The position numbers and the translations under genes are program-made. Of a stretch of 64,000 bases of DNA, positions 62,230 to 64,000 are shown piece after piece (the stretch's first letter is position 1; each line of letters begins with the position of its first letter). The stretch covers positions 5,830,001 to 5,894,000 of the forward strand of contig CM075990.1 of NCBI GenBank assembly GCA_038087875.1, given 5' to 3'. The notes below the pieces were generated by a model. The model worked only from the letters and a program-made list of their open reading frames with translations. It did no database searches and was not told the origin of the DNA. The DNA comes from Malacoraja senta (Eukaryota).

Positions 62230-62593
62230 GTAAATCACACCTTACAGACATTCTTTGCACTAGTGATGTTTAAATATTGGGATAGATTTTAGCAATTAAC
62301 ACATCTAGATTTGCACATTGGCCAACTAATCAGAAGATCAGCTGCCTGTTTTTGACTAACAAAGATTTCAAGTCAGAATGTTTACTGTTACCTGAATAGT
62401 GCCAATTCATAAAAGATCTGTGGATAAATTGATAAATGGAGCTGCAGATCCAGTAGCTATTCTGGATATACTTATGTATTTACAAAAAGGTCTGGTTACT
62501 TTTATGTAGACATTGAGAAGTAGATTTTCATCCCGGTAATGGAGAATTATATTGTTTACACTAATCTGTTAATGTGCTAGCCCTTGACAAAGT

Positions 62594-62797
62594 AGCTGGT
62601 TTAAACCGAAGATAGACACAAAATGCTGGAGTAACGTTACCCATTCCTTCTCTCAGGAAAGGTACACAAAAATGCTGGAGAAACTCAGCGGGTGCAGCAG
62701 CATCTATGGAGCGAAGGAAATAGGCAATGTTTTGGGCCGAAACCCTTCTTCAGGGAATGCTGCCTGTCCCGCTGAGTTACTCCAGCAGTTTGTGTCT
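62594..62797. mobile_element. Composite of Penelope-derived short elements (further copies at ~1-187, 4858-4951, 6287-6362, 9382-9556, 16734-16846, 24742-24845, 37179-37237, 52252-52345)
   Basis: Recurring motifs gatgctgcctgacctgctgagttactccagc and ccagcatctgcagttcc. Confidence 0.75.
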
Positions 62798-63498
62798 GTC
62801 TTGCATTTTCAAATTCATCCAACCTTATATTTGCCCTGCATTGGGAGATTTTACTTAATGTGGAATGGAATTTAGACACTCTACATAGGATTATTGGTAC
62901 TTTATAATACCACCAAAAGAATTAAAGGCACCTTTTCGAGTCACCATAGTGGTGCCCAGTGTAATACTGCCTCTGGTGTTGTGGAAGTGCCATCAATAAT
63001 GACCGTGGCATAATTTTGTGCTCAGTGCTTCAAGAGGAGCTCGTAAGAAGAAAGATTTAATGTGATGCACATTGAACACTGAACGTATATTATGTACAAC
63101 ATGATTCATGTAACTGGTTAAACTCCTGCAGCAATGGAAAGCAAATGGGATGATCATTGACTCTATTTATTCTGTAGCAGTTTTATTTCCATTTGCTCAT
63201 TGCTGAAGTCAACACTACTAAGCTATCTAATTTCCTGTTACTTTATAATTTCCTTATATGTAGCCACATTTTCTCAAATTCTATTGTTTGAAACTAGAAA
63301 TGAACCATGCAATCTGTTTTTCAACTATTTGCCTGGTCTCATAGATATAGATATGAATACAGCTCCAATTGAAGGCAGCATTATTATTTTCTACCAAATA
63401 AGTAAACAATTTTTTTGTAAAATAGAATTTCACAACCAGATAAAATGTAATTTCCTTTTTAAAGAATCCTACTAACTTTGTTTTGATTCAATCTACAG

Positions 63499-64000
63499 AG
63501 GAGCCATGTCTCGGAGATAAATCAGTTTTCTGTGAGTTGGAGATTTTGGCTCGATACTGTTCCATTCCTGCATATCATAAGTTGTGCTGTGAATCCTGCA
63601 AAAAGAGGAGCCCAACTTCAGCACCTCCTTTTTCTCAGGCAACGTCAGAAACTGAAGATTCTAAGGGCACCATCCATTCCAGTCTCAGTCCACAAATAAT
63701 GGCAAAGCCGACCCTTCACAACCAATATGCGACAGTCAGGGAGATCACTGTGAAGGATGAGATGTTGCCAACGACTCCCACCTTGGGTGCCAACACTGAT
63801 AGTGGTGATGGATTTTCAACCAAGGTTCTCGCTGCAGAGTCCCAAGGAACTACCAAAAGTTTAGGTCGGCTAAATACTTTTGCGAGTACATTCAGGTTGC
63901 CTCCTGCTCAACAGGTAAAACTACATACAGAGGTGGGCGGCTTTGACTCCACAACTCCTCGTCAGTTGTTTATAAATAGTGACAAGACTTTGCCTCGTAC
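63499..64000 (+). CDS. ADAMTS14: ADAMTS14 last coding exon (~22), PLAC domain [33 protein letters not shown] plus Ser/Thr-rich tail; truncated by window end
   Basis: ctacag|AGGAGCCATGT; phase 1; no stop codon in frame up to 64000. Confidence 0.93.

Overview
Eukaryotic (vertebrate) genomic DNA, not prokaryotic. The repeat content (HE1-like V-SINEs, CR1/HER1-type LINEs, Rex1-type LINEs, Penelope-derived repeats) suggests a cartilaginous fish, probably a skate or ray (inference). The + strand carries 18 GT-AG coding exons with fully consistent phases (2819 nt, about 939 codons) of a procollagen N-proteinase gene best matching ADAMTS14. They correspond to human exons ~5-22 (numbering from recall) and cover the catalytic domain with HETGHVLGMEHD, the disintegrin-like domain, TSP1, the Cys-rich domain, the spacer, three more TSP1 repeats, a linker exon, PLAC and a Ser/Thr-rich tail still open at the window end. 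Bases 1-19393 appear to be one large upstream intron. The introns are dense with mobile DNA: a complete but inactivated IR/DR Tc1 (DD34E) element, a near full-length Rex1-type LINE, two near-identical young CR1 LINEs with complementary stop codons, a Penelope GIY-YIG fragment, about 20 short Penelope-derived elements (many palindromic, several with 9-15 bp TSDs and minimal hammerhead-ribozyme cores), a solo LTR split by a CR1, GC-rich non-autonomous retroposons sharing a conserved hairpin, and several three-level nested insertions. I found no convincing novel protein-coding system. The most interesting signals are RNA-structural (hammerhead-like motifs), evolutionary (candidate horizontally transferred Tc1) and splicing-related (tandem MQG donor).
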